Shown: one piece after another, positions 24,461-38,916 of the stretch
Layout of the letters: each line of letters opens with the position of its first letter
Position numbering within the stretch: position 1 is the stretch's first letter
NCBI RefSeq assembly: GCF_006345805.1
Contig: NC_043015.1
Location: 21,576,001 to 21,640,000 of the forward strand
Source of the DNA: Octopus sinensis
Lineage: Eukaryota
Length of the DNA: 64,000 bases
Direction: 5' to 3'
Notes under the pieces: generated by a model
Seen by the model: only the letters and a program-made list of their open reading frames with translations
The model's database searches: none
Told to the model about the DNA's origin: nothing
Translations under genes and position numbers: made by a program

Positions 24461-26348
24461 GTAGATTTCAACACACGTAAAGCCGAAAGACGTTCTAAGC
24501 CGGATAAGTCTCAAAAAAAGGAGCCGTAAATGAAAAGAATTATTTGTGAAATAGAATCTGTTATAATCCTACGAAAAATAAAATCCTGTAAAATGAAAGA
24601 ATCTAAACAAATGTGATTGTATGTCCATTTCACATGTCACCTACATTTAAAACTAAATGCTGAAATAAATGAGAATTTCTCCAAAACAACAATGATATTT
24701 TAAATAAAGAAGCTGCTAAGGGGAAATTCTGATGTCATTAATATTAAATATTATAAAACCTCCACATTATACCACCTACTATGAAGAGGTAAACAATAGC
24801 CAACACGCGGACATAGATAATGAAACTTCAGCAGTTTCATCTGAGATATTAACTAGGAATGAGGCTAACTGATTGTTTAGGCAATTTGTAAGGATTCACC
24901 AATTTGTAAGGATGGATAAAAGCGAAGGAATATATATTGGCGGTAAATAATAAACATGAGTAAATAGAAAATATCGCTATACTGTCAAACTAAGATCATT
25001 CATTGAGCGGTCCAACCAGCAATATATACAAACTCGGTAAGACTTTAGATATGCGACAATTGGTTTTAAAACGCAGAAGAAGCCTGATAAAAGATGACCT
25101 GGAATTCCTAAGCTGCCCATCACGGGAAAAGGATAACAATGATATTGGTATTACATCCTTTTGATACCTTAAGCATGTATGATACGATCTCACAAGAATA
25201 TAAATGAGAACCAGCAGAATTGTGGCTTGAGTAATTATCTATCACAATTCAGCACTGAATAGATAAAGTTGCATTATAATTCAGTAATGATGGAATAAAA
25301 TTCCTGCAATAGAATATTTTTCGTCTTCAATCGTGACATTCCCAGACAAGCTACACCACGTTTACCAAATCAGTGAAGCTCTACCTAGAAATGCAAATAT
25401 ATGAATATCTTATATTAAAGTTCGAGATTAACTTTCATAAATATTTTTTATACACCTTGAAGCTTTTGGATCAAGACATCATTCTAGGAACCCATAGTCA
25501 CTCGTTCAACACAATGATTTCAAAACTCTCATTGATAATATACACAACAATATATATTCCAAAATGGATACAGCCAAAATCAACTCCCTTACATGGACAG
25601 TTTTAGCATTAAAACACACAGTACGAACGTTAAGCAATAACAGGGATCTATTCAATTGCAAAGGAGAAAAAAAGACATATATTTTAAAATAGTAAAGAAC
25701 ATCGCCGTTTTTTGAAAATTGAAACTTGGAATAAAAGATTGAGTAAGGAGAATATCAATATAAAAGCTATACCCAACAAACTTAATCGTTAAACGAACAA
25801 TACGTGACAACGAGAGAGGAGTCCAACAATGTATAAGAGGGAAAATCCTTTTCAGATACGCCCAATACAAACTTATACAACCGCACCATATATATATATA
25901 TATATATTTATGTTTCACAGATATCAGAATCCTACAGCTTACTGTGCAACAGAACATAAACCATTGAAAATTGATAGTAATAAACTACCTACAGATCCAA
26001 ATGATTTAAGATGTGATCCCTATTTTCCTTTTGGTGTATTAAAGCTTTGGTTTTCAAGTGTCTTAGTGGTTTGAGCGTGGTTTCTTCGCGTTTGGTTCAG
26101 TTTGATTTCTTATCACTTTAGACATTTACGGTCGACACCTTGGATTAATAGCCGGCATCAAAGGTAAAGAGTGATAGAAAATTCGTCAGTGATGTAATAA
26201 TAACATAGAGCCAACTAAAGATGAAGCCGCAGTTAATTGTTTGTCTGAGTAGAGCGAACGGATGTTTAGACAAACACACACACACACCCATCACTCACAC
26301 ACGCACACACGTACAGATGTATATATACAAATATACGTATAGACATTA

Positions 26349-26381
<33 letters not shown>

Positions 26382-27379
26382 AATGTATACATATACACAC
26401 ACACACATATATATATATATTTATACAGATGTATAATTTATATATACCTATATAAACATATGCGTGTACATAAAATTGCATACAGACACAAACACCCCGC
26501 ATACACACATATATACCTACAACCACCCACACATATATACACAATCATACACACGCACACACATATATCTTTGTGTGTGTGTATGTCTGTGCGTGTAGCT
26601 ACGCGCACATATGTAATTATTGAACAGTTTATAGGTGTGAGATACATAAGAAGGATAAAGATTTTTGTTCGTTTTACTGTATGATTCATTTCAGTGCAAA
26701 GCAGCCTTTGAGGCGGTCAACTGTCAATGAGTTTGGGAAATTAAATTGATATATAAAATAAAGAACGAAAAGAGCTATAGAAAAGAAAAGAAAAGAAGAG
26801 AAACAAATAAAGAAAGGACATATACATACATTACGTGGTATTAAGTAAAATAGACATTACATTTAATTGCGAGAAAGCTTCCAAGATTCTCTGATATAAT
26901 GAACAGTTTGGAAACAGGTTTTTGCGAGTGCTATAAAAATAAAGTTTCTAACAAAATTACTAAAGTAAATGCGAAGTAAAATTACGTGAAATAAACTTAA
27001 AACTACTTTCTGGACTGTCAGTTATTTCTCTTCTATGTGTTGTATTTAGTGATCTAATACTATTTTTATACTTTTATATATATTTGTGTATTTTTTGTTG
27101 TTGTAGATTTTGTGGTTTTGTGGTTTTGTGGTTTTAGTTCTCGGTAAGGTTGCTAAGATTTCTTAAGTTTATGGACTGGCTGTTAGTTCAGTGCTTGCTA
27201 TAGCTCTATAGTCGAACGTCTGGAGAGAAATAGAGAAAATTTAGTGGAATTGATGGTATACTTGAAAGAAATGCTACGAAGAAAAGAGATCTAACTGAAA
27301 AAGAAAAGAAAAATCCAAAACAAAAAGAAGACAGGAAAGAAAGAAGATGAGGATTGTGGGGAAGGAATTAAATAATGTT

Positions 27380-27718
27380 AATCGAGAGTAAAAAGAAAAG
27401 TATGGATACATAAATACAAATACACACACATACACATACATGGATATATATATATATATTTATATTAAATTCCACATATACATGTAATACGAGTGCATAC
27501 ATACACACACAGGCACACATACACATGTATATGCATGTATTTATGTACTCACATATATGATAAAAATATACATATGCAATTATACTCCATCTTCTACTTT
27601 CCATTTACCATATAATATATACATACATATATACATATATACACACACGCATATATGTTTATATATATATATGCACACATACATATTGTGAATATATAGA
27701 TGTATACATCTATGTGTG

Positions 27719-27772
<54 letters not shown>

Positions 27773-28221
27773 AGTGTGTGTATATATATATATAAGTAAT
27801 TTCTATTCGTGAGGGGTGTTATGTGGAATGATATAAATATGAGAAGCTGCAAGATAACAAACTGAACAACATTGTTGATATTTAGTGGTATGATCTATAG
27901 TTGTATATAGTTCAGAAATGCGAGTGTATTATGTATAAATTGAATGGTATGCGATAAATAAGTTTCATAGTAAAGATTACTGATGCCGAAATCTAGAGAA
28001 AAATGACACAAAAACAATCAGCATGGATTTCTTTTCCCCTACGTAGGCGCCGGTTTATAGCTGTCACCAAATATATATAGATATACACATACACAATAAC
28101 ACCCAATGTTACATATGTGGTATGAGTGTAAAAATATGAATATATATATATGTGTGTGTGTGTTTGTATGTGTGTATGTGTATGTTGTGTGTGTGTGCGT
28201 GTCTGCGTGTGTACATATATG

Positions 28222-28273
<52 letters not shown>

Positions 28274-28389
28274 GTGTGTCGATATATATAATATACATGG
28301 AAATATATGTACTTTACCACACATGTATGCATATAATATATATATATATATTATATATGAATATATGTATATATACATGGTTCTATCTG

Positions 28390-28429
<40 letters not shown>

Positions 28430-29030
28430 TTTATATATATATTCATATATATATATTTATATTATATATATATATATACAACACAACACACATATATATA
28501 ATGTGTGTGTGTGTGTGTATCTATATATAATATATATATAGATATGAATATATATATATATATAAAGGAATTAAAATAATGCTAATCGAGAGTAAACAGA
28601 AAAGTATGGATACATAAATAAAATACACACACACCATACATGGATATATATATATATTTATATTAAATTCCAAAATACATGTAATACGAGTGCACATACT
28701 ACACACAGGCACACATAAACATGTATATGCATGTATTATGTACTCACATATATGATATAAATATACACATGCAATATATTCCATTTTCTACTTCCCATTT
28801 ACCATATAATATATCATACATATATATACATAGATATACACACGCATATATGTATATATATATATATATATATATAGATATATATATATATATATATATA
28901 TATTGCACATACATATTGTGAATATATAGATTATACATCTCTGTGTGTGTCTGTATATACATATATATTATATATATGTGTGTGTGTGTGTGTGTATATA
29001 TGGGTAATTTCTATTTCGTGAGGGGTGTTA
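27380..29030 (+). repeat. Diverged direct duplication of about 430-450 bp (27380-27830 and 28570-29030)
   Basis: Shared blocks AATAATG.TAATCGAGAGTAAA, TTATATTAAATTCCA, TTCTACTT.CCATTTACCATATAAT and CTATT.CGTGAGGGGTGTTATGTGGA. Confidence 0.85.
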
Positions 29031-29071
29031 TGTGGAGAGTGCGTATTTCGTGAGGGGTGTTATATATATAT

Positions 29072-29105
<34 letters not shown>

Positions 29106-29744
29106 CCTACAGGCCTATTGCATGCACTTATGTGTTTCTTTGTTTGTATATATGTATGTAGTTATATACATATGTGTGTATGTAATGTCGCACGTAGGTG
29201 TATGTATAACTATACATATAGACACACACATAGATGCACAGACACAAACAAGCAAACACACACACGCATCTATAAGCACACACACACACACACACACACA
29301 CAAACATGTAGGTGTACACCCTGGTATAATTACAGACACTAAAATTTGCTGCTGAGAGTAAAGTTAATATAGTCAATGCATTCAAGTGTTCTTCGATCAA
29401 GTTAGTTCCACTAAGTGGAAGATTAGCAATGGTGTTTACGATGTTACCATTAATTTGCTTCCGTCAAAATAAGTCACTCTCCATTTCAAGAACTTGTGTG
29501 AGGCGTCTCTCTGTTGTTGTTTTTGTTTTTTATCTCTTTTTCTTGTTGTCTTCCTTTGCGGCCATTATGCCGGATGTGGGGAATGGTGGTCATTTGCCTT
29601 GTTTAATCATGCAGATTGTCTCTAACATGGTTCATTCTGAAGGTGATCAATTGATTTCTATCGAATAAATTTGTAATCCTTGTCCAATTATTTCATTAAT
29701 TACTCAAAATTATTATGTGTCATGTTTGGAAGATGTTATACAAA

Positions 29745-29912
29745 TTCTTCTTCTTCTTCTTCTTCTTCTTCTTCTTCTTCTTCTTCTTCTTCTTCTTCTT
29801 CTTCTTCTTCTCTTTTCTTCTTCTTTCTTCTTCTTCTTCTTCTTTTTCTTTTCTTCTTCTCTTCTTCTTCTTCTTCTTTTCTCTTCATCTTCATCATTAT
29901 CACCACCACCGC

Positions 29913-29943
<31 letters not shown>

Positions 29944-29945
29944 TA
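29745..29945. repeat. (TTC)n and (CAT)n microsatellite
   Basis: Directly visible. Confidence 0.95.
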
Positions 29946-30270
29946 CATGTTATTAGATTTTCCCCCTCATTGATTGTCATTTTCATAAATCTTCTTATTG
30001 TATTAAATTTTTGAGTCACACACGTACACATCCCTGGTCACTCATACACACATAACGGTACGCACATACACGCACATATACATACATTTGGTATAAATTT
30101 GTTGAATTAAGAATTTGGGGTAATAAAACATACAACGACATTAAAATGACGAATTAAAATTACAGAGAAAAATATATAAAAGATAAATATACAAATTTAC
30201 AAAAATGCATAAATTTCATCGAGGACGCGCCAATTAATATGAAACATATCATATATTAAAATTGACACTC

Positions 30271-30310
<40 letters not shown>

Positions 30311-30794
30311 ATATATAATAGTATATTATGTATATATATATATATATATAATATATATATTATAATAGATTAGCTGTATACGAGTGGGTATATATTTGGA
30401 AAAAATGAAGTTTGAAAATGCTGCTATATTAGACAAATTTTTATTTTTACATATACATTATTTATTTAACATGTTCGGTTCTTGAAATGACGAACATATC
30501 AAAAAAATATATATATAAAAAAGATAGTCATGCTATCAAATATAAAAAATCATCTATAATAAAAAAAAAATCATATTAGTGAAGCGAGTCCATGCTATAT
30601 GTTTAAAGAGTATGATGTAGTAGTTCATAGTGGTGATATGCATTCAATATAAAATATTCATGTTCTTGAAAAAGCGAGGAATTCATTTTTGGGTTTTACC
30701 TTGTGTTTCCAATGGGAGCACTGTGATGATTTTGGTTGGTGTCTGTTCGAATAGTTCTGGTGAATCTTTTGAATTGTTTGGGTTTTATATCACC

Positions 30795-31085
30795 TGTTAG
30801 GTGGCTAGTCCAGCGGAACGAGACGTCATCAAAGTTTGACAATCATCTAGTTAGGTGGCGATGGCGAGTCCAGCAACGGGAGCGTCATCAATGTTTTGAC
30901 CATCAGACTCGGGTCTGACCTATGCTGTATTAGATCTGACCCATGTCTGTATCTGTTAGGGTGGCTAGTCCAGCGGAACGAGAAGTCATCACTGTTTTGA
31001 ACCATATCATCCCGTTTAGGTGGCTAGTCCAGCAGAACGAGACGTCATCAATGTTTGGACCAATCAGAATCGGGTATCTGACCAT
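30795..31085. repeat. Four copies of a motif of about 33 bp (GGTGGCTAGTCCAGCGGAACGAGACGTCATCA), arranged as two dimers
   Basis: Copies near 30800, 30862, 30961 and 31020; each dimer is followed by a GACCA.TCAGA.TCGGGT.TCTGACC block. Confidence 0.85.
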
Positions 31086-31299
31086 TGCTGTATCGTATGT
31101 GGAAACCGAACAAGCAGGGTGACATAGCTGCACACTGAAGGTAATGCGTCATCAGTTTTCTGACGAATCAGGATTAGATATGCTCGTAGAGATCTTTTTA
31201 TAAATTTTTCCTTTCCCTAAGACATATTTCTGTCAGTGGAGGGACTGTTTAGGGCAGCGGCACGTGGTGGAATTTTGCTTGTCTTTTCGGAGGACCAAT

Positions 31300-32060
31300 C
31301 TTTTGTTTTAATATTCTAGACCAGGGTGTCTCAAAAACTGGTGTCTAAATTTTTTGATAAATACAGTTCTTTGTTTTGGCGTTGCGTGAAGGTTACGCTC
31401 TACTGAATATAAAGCGGGTAAGTTGTAAATTTCGGATTTACATTGCCAGCACATTTTTATGTGTCCGATGGACGGTATTTTCCGGTATTCAGGGTTTCAA
31501 ATTTGTGATTTATGCACCGCCATCCTGTTACGTAAGCTATTTTGTATGGCCTATATACTGCCTATTGCAGCCTGCGCATGTTATGACGTAAATTAAGTTT
31601 TCTGATGCGCAGGTGAAGTTTGCTGTAATGGTGAACTGATGCCTTGTTCTAGTATAAAATTCTGAACCTTCTATCAAGATGACACAGATTCCGCAGTTGG
31701 CCTTCCACATTTTCTAACTGCTGGTTTTGTGGTTGATGTTGAGTGCAGTTAGCTAGGGTTAATATCATTTTCAAGGATTTTGGTTTTTGCCGTTTACTTT
31801 TAATGATGGTGTGTGTTTCGAGGATCCGGTTCATCTTTGGGTCTCCCTTTAGTAGGGCTGTGCTTGTAGTATGGTGCTGAAGGCCTCATTGTTGAGTGGG
31901 TTGTGTGTAGAGATGTAGGAAGGTTTTTAATTGTTCTTTCTTTTTGGTTTTGTTTGTCTCAGGTCTTTATACTTAATTTGAGTGCCCTTTGGATTGCACT
32001 GTCTATTAGGGGCTGTGGATAGTTTCTATTGTGAGTGTGGTTCTACGTTCCTGGAGACGT
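31300..32060 (-). mobile_element. Decayed 5'-truncated PLE (RT thumb, Cys linker, GIY-YIG)
   Basis: The minus strand with frameshifts gives NYPQPLIDSAIQRAL, IIKSKRQKPKSLKMIL, KCGRP-CGIC, FTCASENLIYVITCAGCNRQYIGHT and SLRNRMAVHKSQI*NPEYRKIP. These are colinear with the 16600-17370 region of the intact PLE. Confidence 0.85.
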
Positions 32061-35000
32061 GTGTGTCGGGTTGTTTGTGTCTGATATTAGGTGGTGCAGA
32101 TCCTTCTAGCTAAACAAAAAGGGACATTTATTCTGTGTGGCGTGGGGGGTGGCATGAATCAAAGGGTAGGTATTGTTTGGAATTTGTACAGAGACGTCCG
32201 GTTGGCTGTTTAGTCGCACTGATAGGTTAAATCCTGAAACAAAACACCAACGCTCCCCTTCATTACCCTGTTACTGTCTACCGATCTTTAATATTCGGGA
32301 AATTACTCGAATTTTCAGTCCACATCGTGTATTTTGAAATAAACGTCTGAGCCACTCAACGATGCTTTCATTTCCAATTCAGCTGTATTCCCACTTTGTA
32401 GGAATTTTGCAATTTCACTAAAATACTGATTCAGTCGGTTTATTTCGAAACGCTACCTTTAACCTTGCTTTTTAAAATATCCTTGTTTCATTTTGTGTGG
32501 GTCGGCACGCCTACATTTTCTCAGGGATGAGACACTTTATTGGTGATCGAAGCAACTCGCTAACCACTTGCTACACACTTGAGTTAAGAATATATTGTAT
32601 ATCGTAATCGCTGATATACAAGAATGATTGGAATTATTTCGTTTGATAATGCTCCTTTGATAATGCTGTATCAGAGCCGATGAAGCACAAAAGAACAGCA
32701 TTACCGATGTAAACTATATCATCTCCAACCAAATACACACACCTGAAAATCTAAACTGGTATTTAATTTTTAATCTTAATGATGGAACCCTCACTCAAAG
32801 ACGTTCATATTGCAGATTCATGCGCGTATAGGTTAGACTATTTAGCGTTAAACGTTCCGTCACTCCACAATCTGAGTTGAAATCCACCGCCGTTGACTTC
32901 GATTCTCATAAGGTAGTTGTCGACAAATAATGCAGCTGCACTGGATCGAACTTTTTCATTCGCTCTTTTTTTTTTCTGGTTGGCTGCATTCCTTTCTTCG
33001 GCAAACGTTAGCCGTGGTCAGACCTGAAGTGAGATGGGTTCTGTTCTTTCAGTAAATGCCTAAGCCGCGCCATAAAGCTGTTAGCAGTACGAAGAAGAGG
33101 TTAATCAATTATTTTTTACACTTATTCTTTCTTCTGTACAAAAGCCCGTTTAGTTCGTTAGAGCTCTAACCAGGTAACATATTTTTTGCTTCTTAGGTAT
33201 CTTTTGGTGCTTTGCTCCAAAATGCACTTAGCCCCTCCCTCTTGCGACATTTGGAAATTATTTTAATTATGAATTTAGTATTTATGTCGTTGCACATTTA
33301 CCTAACAATTAATTTGTCAATAGAATTATTTAAAAACAGAGAGAAAAGTAAATATTTTTCGTGTATAGTTTGTTTAATATTTTCTGAATAAATATCTAAT
33401 GTAGAAAATAAATAATACACTCACCAATTTTCCAAATAATTTTATTTATCAAATAAAATATTTCCCTTACTTAGAATTTTATGTTTTTTAAAAGTGGAAT
33501 TTGTAAAAAATATATTTAACAAATAAAGAAATTGAGAAATAAAGAAAGTAAGAATCTTGTAAGTCTGAATATATTTAAACATTAGCCTTCTGCTGTTCGA
33601 CAATTTACGAATCTCTAGAAATCCATGAACTATTCTGCAAAAGCAAAAAACTGTTTTCAACATTAAGCATCGTTTTAAAATAATATAAATTACTGCAATT
33701 TGGCATTTTTGATATTTAGAGATTTGAAACATGGCTCCTTCAAAGTGTAAGGTCGCATTTATATATAAATTTGGAGCAGTAAAACTATTCAGGCCCTGTA
33801 ATAGGTTGCTTAGTGACATTTAACATTCCTGGTAATAATCTCCGCAGTGGGAGCGCCTAAAAGTCCAGGTAAAATTACCCAACATATTCCATAAGGAAAA
33901 GAAAACTCAACTAGCAACCAATCAATTCTGTCGTAGTGATTCTGGCAAGTAGCATTTGCATTATCTCCATCTTTGTGTCCGGAACGCAGAGAAGAAAGAT
34001 TTGTTGAACAGTTTCCATTGAGAAGTAAGACTGCATCGAGGGTTCAAACAGAACCATTCACCTTCAGTCAAATTGTTTCATTCCAATAGTTACAAATAAT
34101 CTTGTACTTTCAGAAACAAAGGCTTCCAGTAGAATGAAAACCAATTATGCCATTTTCCGGTACTCAATGATGCTGTTATTCCTTTGCAACTTTTGTCTTT
34201 TACTCCTGTTAAGTCAATAATTACGTCACACAGTTCGATCTCATCCGGAAGTGAGAGTGGGAACTTGTTGAATGCTTTTAATCTTTCTTGATGTTCATCG
34301 TGTGTTGACTGCTTGGATTAAAGAATTCATCTACAAGGTTGGGCTCGTTTCAAGAGAGAATCCCAAGGAGACTTTGGTTTACGAGATCAGAAATACGAAG
34401 GAAATATCAAACAAGAAATAGCTAGTAGTTCTCTGAAAATAAAAGCATCGTCATGAATGCCATTGCTCAGTAATGCTTATAACTCTACAACAATCATTCC
34501 TTTACTAATAACTGCATGAGGATTTGAGTTACAGAGTTTAACATGGAATTCTTATGATATGATTTTGATTATGACTCAAATTTTAGTAAATTGTGCATAG
34601 CATTAACCATATTATACAGAATTCACCATTGTTTGACATTGTATATTTTGTGAATGTGATTAAATTGTAATTTATATTTGCCTGTAATCTTACTATCATG
34701 TAGTTAAATATTTCTCATACTGTAACGTCATTAGTTATCGCTGTATAAAACCAATTTACGTAGTTTTACATAAATAATACAAAATAATATAAATATAATA
34801 TAGAAGGATAACAGTCTTAATCACTGGATTCCACGTCAATAATACACGTTTTTTTAGGGTTTCATCCCTTATGTAAGAACTACGTTCCCTTGATATAAAA
34901 ATGGATTATATGTATATGTGTGTGTGCATATGTGTGTGCGTGTGTGTGTGAGTACGTACGTGCCTGTGTGTGCGTGTGATTGTGTCTGTGTGTGGACGAG

Positions 35001-35768
35001 TTGTTGGTGTGCATCTATAATAATACAGTTTTAACTACTCGCAGCTTCGTAGTTTTCCCTGTAGAGGTTTTAACACTGAACATCGATAGAAAGAGGAGAA
35101 AATAGCCTCACAACAAAAGCTGTTAATTAAGTAAACTCATAGATTTAGGCTCCGGCAACTCCAGTTTTACTAATTTTCAGAGTTGATGTATTTCAATAGC
35201 TCTATGGGACTGTCTACAGAAAGATAAATGACAAACAAATACATTAATGGACATAAATGCTGAAGTATTAATTTTATTAAATGCCATTAATACAAAAACA
35301 GACATTTATTCTACTTTAATTTTGGAATACTTAATGGATTATAGATCTTTAGTAGTCTCTCATATTCTTAATAATTACCTGCAAGTCACTATCAGAGTTA
35401 GCAATTATAAGATTGGAACAAGCAAATACCTGCATTGAAATTGGTTTTAAATCGGAAACCCGCTTCCGTTGCACATATTTCACTCTAAATAGACAAAGAT
35501 AGTAGATTTATGGCGTTAATAGGTTAGTACAGCGTATATATATTGTATATACATATATGACGAATACAGTGTTGCGTTCTATACTGTAGACAACGTGGTG
35601 TAGGCACATAGAGAAAGAAAACGTAACCAGCTTCATCCATGTGCTTAGACACTTATAAAAATGTACACACACACGCACGCAGACACGCAGACACGCAGAC
35701 ACGCATGCACCCGTATGTGAGTATATACTTTGTATACGTATATATATGTACATATATATGTGTATATA

Positions 35769-35835
<67 letters not shown>

Positions 35836-37369
35836 TGTGTGTGTGAATATGTATGTAGGTATAATAGACCACTAGCATCAGTAGCAATCTTGATGCTTCT
35901 AGTTACATGTTGCTTATATTTTGTTGGTGGTGGCAGAGAGTCGGTTGTTTTCTTCAGCGTACTTTGAGTGTGGTTTCAAATAGACACGGCGTAGAAGAAA
36001 CCATCGGCGAGTGTTTTAAAATTCACCTGTGTGGGGGCTAGTACAAGTTTGGTGCGAGGTGTCTAATTTGCATAAATATGACACTTGGATTCAGAGGATT
36101 ACAATAGGGTACAAAATGACAATTTATAAAAGATTAGGCTTTGTCCTAGGTCACAGTTGGTTCAACTATACACTGGAGTTTGTGCAGATAGAAAAATGAA
36201 GTGATTACGTTAATGGAAATGGGAATGATATTGCCACACTAGTAACTCCTCTTTCTTCAAAGTAACTAGAGCTGCGTCTGTTTTTAGCTTAGTATACATT
36301 GCGGTGAATTCTGTTAAATGTTTGACTGTGATTGAATAGTAATCCATGTGTATAGTGTGGATTTAGATGCAGATAGGATGGCCATGGCATTTTTAGTCTC
36401 ACCATTGTCCTTAATTATCTTTCGAAACTAGAGACCTTTGCCGTATATTTGCATCACAAATATATCATTTCATATTTGTTATATATTACATAATAGATGG
36501 ATGGGATGATATGTTCTTTTCATGTCTGAAATTTTAGAATATATTTATCTATGCTTGTCAAAGGTGAAACAGTTCCTCTACAAACTACTCAATCCATACA
36601 AACATTTTGCAACTTCTAAAAATTAGGAAATTTCACACATAGGCGGTAACAATAACTATATACAATTTTTCTCCTCGAGTTAGTATAACTATATACAATT
36701 TTGCTCCTCGAGTTGGTATTATATATATCACAATGAAGAGAAACGTAATGAAATCGTTTTAATTGGTCTAAAGGAAGTAATATACTGGTAATTAAGTGCT
36801 CCATTGTAGGAGTGGAACTTGTGACCTTACCACCAAGTATATGCAACACTCAGCAATTAGTTTGCATATCATACAGGAGGCGGAGGTGGCGAAATACACA
36901 CTCAAACACGACAGATTTTATACATTCCAGCTTAAACTCCCTTTAGTCATTCCCATTTTCACACACATCCCCACCACATATAGGGATTCACCCGCGTATA
37001 CTCCAACAGAAGCTATTAGAAAGTCATTGAATATTTTTTATAATTATATATATATATAAAAAATCATTATTTTCGATATTTGTATATAAATATGTTTTCT
37101 CTTATGAGAATGAAACCAATGAAATATGATAAAGAGTAGGATCCAATATATTCTTTTTAATAAATCTTGCCTCGCTTACCTTAGGGTAAATTAATATGTA
37201 GATATAATTATTAATTATACCAGAATATCCCCATCTGCAACAATGCAGCTTAATAGTAATTAAAATTCATTATTCATTCATTTTATCTAGAAAGAAAACG
37301 AAGAAAATAAACAGTATATAATCGACAAAAACCAGGTTCTCAAAGCAAATAAATACACATCACATTCTC

Positions 37370-37430
<61 letters not shown>

Positions 37431-37521
37431 TATCCACACATACATTCATATATTCAAACATACGTACATACATAAATATATCTATATGTATATATATATA
37501 TATACTATATATATATATATA

Positions 37522-37562
<41 letters not shown>

Positions 37563-37791
37563 TATATATATATAATATATATATATATATATAAGTACAT
37601 ATACAGGCATATTTTAAACATGGGCATATACATGTACATTGCATTCATACGTATTTATATACATTATATGTAAGAAATTTGTCAATTAAATTAAATGAGA
37701 AACATTGAATATGCATGCACATATATACACACGCATAGGAAAATACGTACAAGCATATATATACATTCGTCAATATATCTGCATATATATA

Positions 37792-37835
<44 letters not shown>

Positions 37836-37883
37836 AGTAGATATATACATATACATGTATATGTATATATATACATATACATG

Positions 37884-37925
<42 letters not shown>

Positions 37926-38916
37926 ATATATATTATATATATATAATGCATACATTCAAATCTATCACATATTCCCTCCCATACAATAAGCGCTCTCCTG
38001 AAATCTTGAGGAGATATATTATTTCTGTCTTAACATTTTAATGAAATTAATGAGATACAACTCATCCTCAGGAAAACATGTAAATACAAATAAGCAAACA
38101 ATAAACGTAAGACAAAACGAAAACATGACTATTATATAGCTTGTTTATCTTTTGATGTTTATGGTATATTTATTACCGCTTCCAGCGTAAAGGTGATACG
38201 AAATATTCTGTTTTCTGTCGACTAAAGAACAATTGAATGTAACAATTATTGTCCTTAAATATGTTTCTAAACTAGAGACCTAGCGCTCATTTATATCACA
38301 AATATATATTTTCATATTTGTTGTATATCATATAATGACGTAAAGTGGGAGAATGGAATGTGCGCTTCAGAAAATTGCTGACCCAATTTTGGGCCAGGGT
38401 TCAGTCCCACTCCGAAGTAACTTGGAGAAATATCAGCAAGTATAGGTCCGGTCCAATAAAGATTTATGGGGTCGTTTTAGTAGAGGGAAACTGATTATGA
38501 AGCTTTTTGTTCAAGTATAAACGTTTTCTGCACAATCATTATAGAGATGTGTACGCATGTGTAGAGTGGAGCTGCTGCATATACACAAAATTATATATAT
38601 ATATAAATACACACACACACACACACACATATATGTATATACACACACACACAAACACACATAAATATATATATGCGCACACACATATATATACATACAC
38701 ACACATATATATGTGTTCATGTATATATGTGTGTGTGATATATAGGTATATATCCATATACACAGAGAAGCTGGGAGAGATAGACACACACACAGACAGA
38801 GAGTGACAGATTGAGAGACAATAAATAGATGAGAAAATGTGTTTGCTAACATTTATATATTTTTGGTAGCATTTACATACACACATATTCTATTTCTAAT
38901 AATGTCCAATAATATA

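Noticed and set aside
26110-26200. Minus-strand CTGACGA...GAAA
   Set aside because: Lacks the NUH triplet and stem I pairing.
30795-31085. CRISPR-like or C/D-box snoRNA-like reading of the 33-bp repeats
   Set aside because: Eukaryotic context, no cas genes, and the spacers are themselves duplicated. TGATGA/CTGA boxes lack terminal stems.
33900-34500. Possible helicase motif (GITASL)
   Set aside because: No Walker A or other colinear motifs; probably chance.
38000-38075. Minus-strand CTGAGGA...GAAA
   Set aside because: Stem II does not close at GAAA and there is no stem I.
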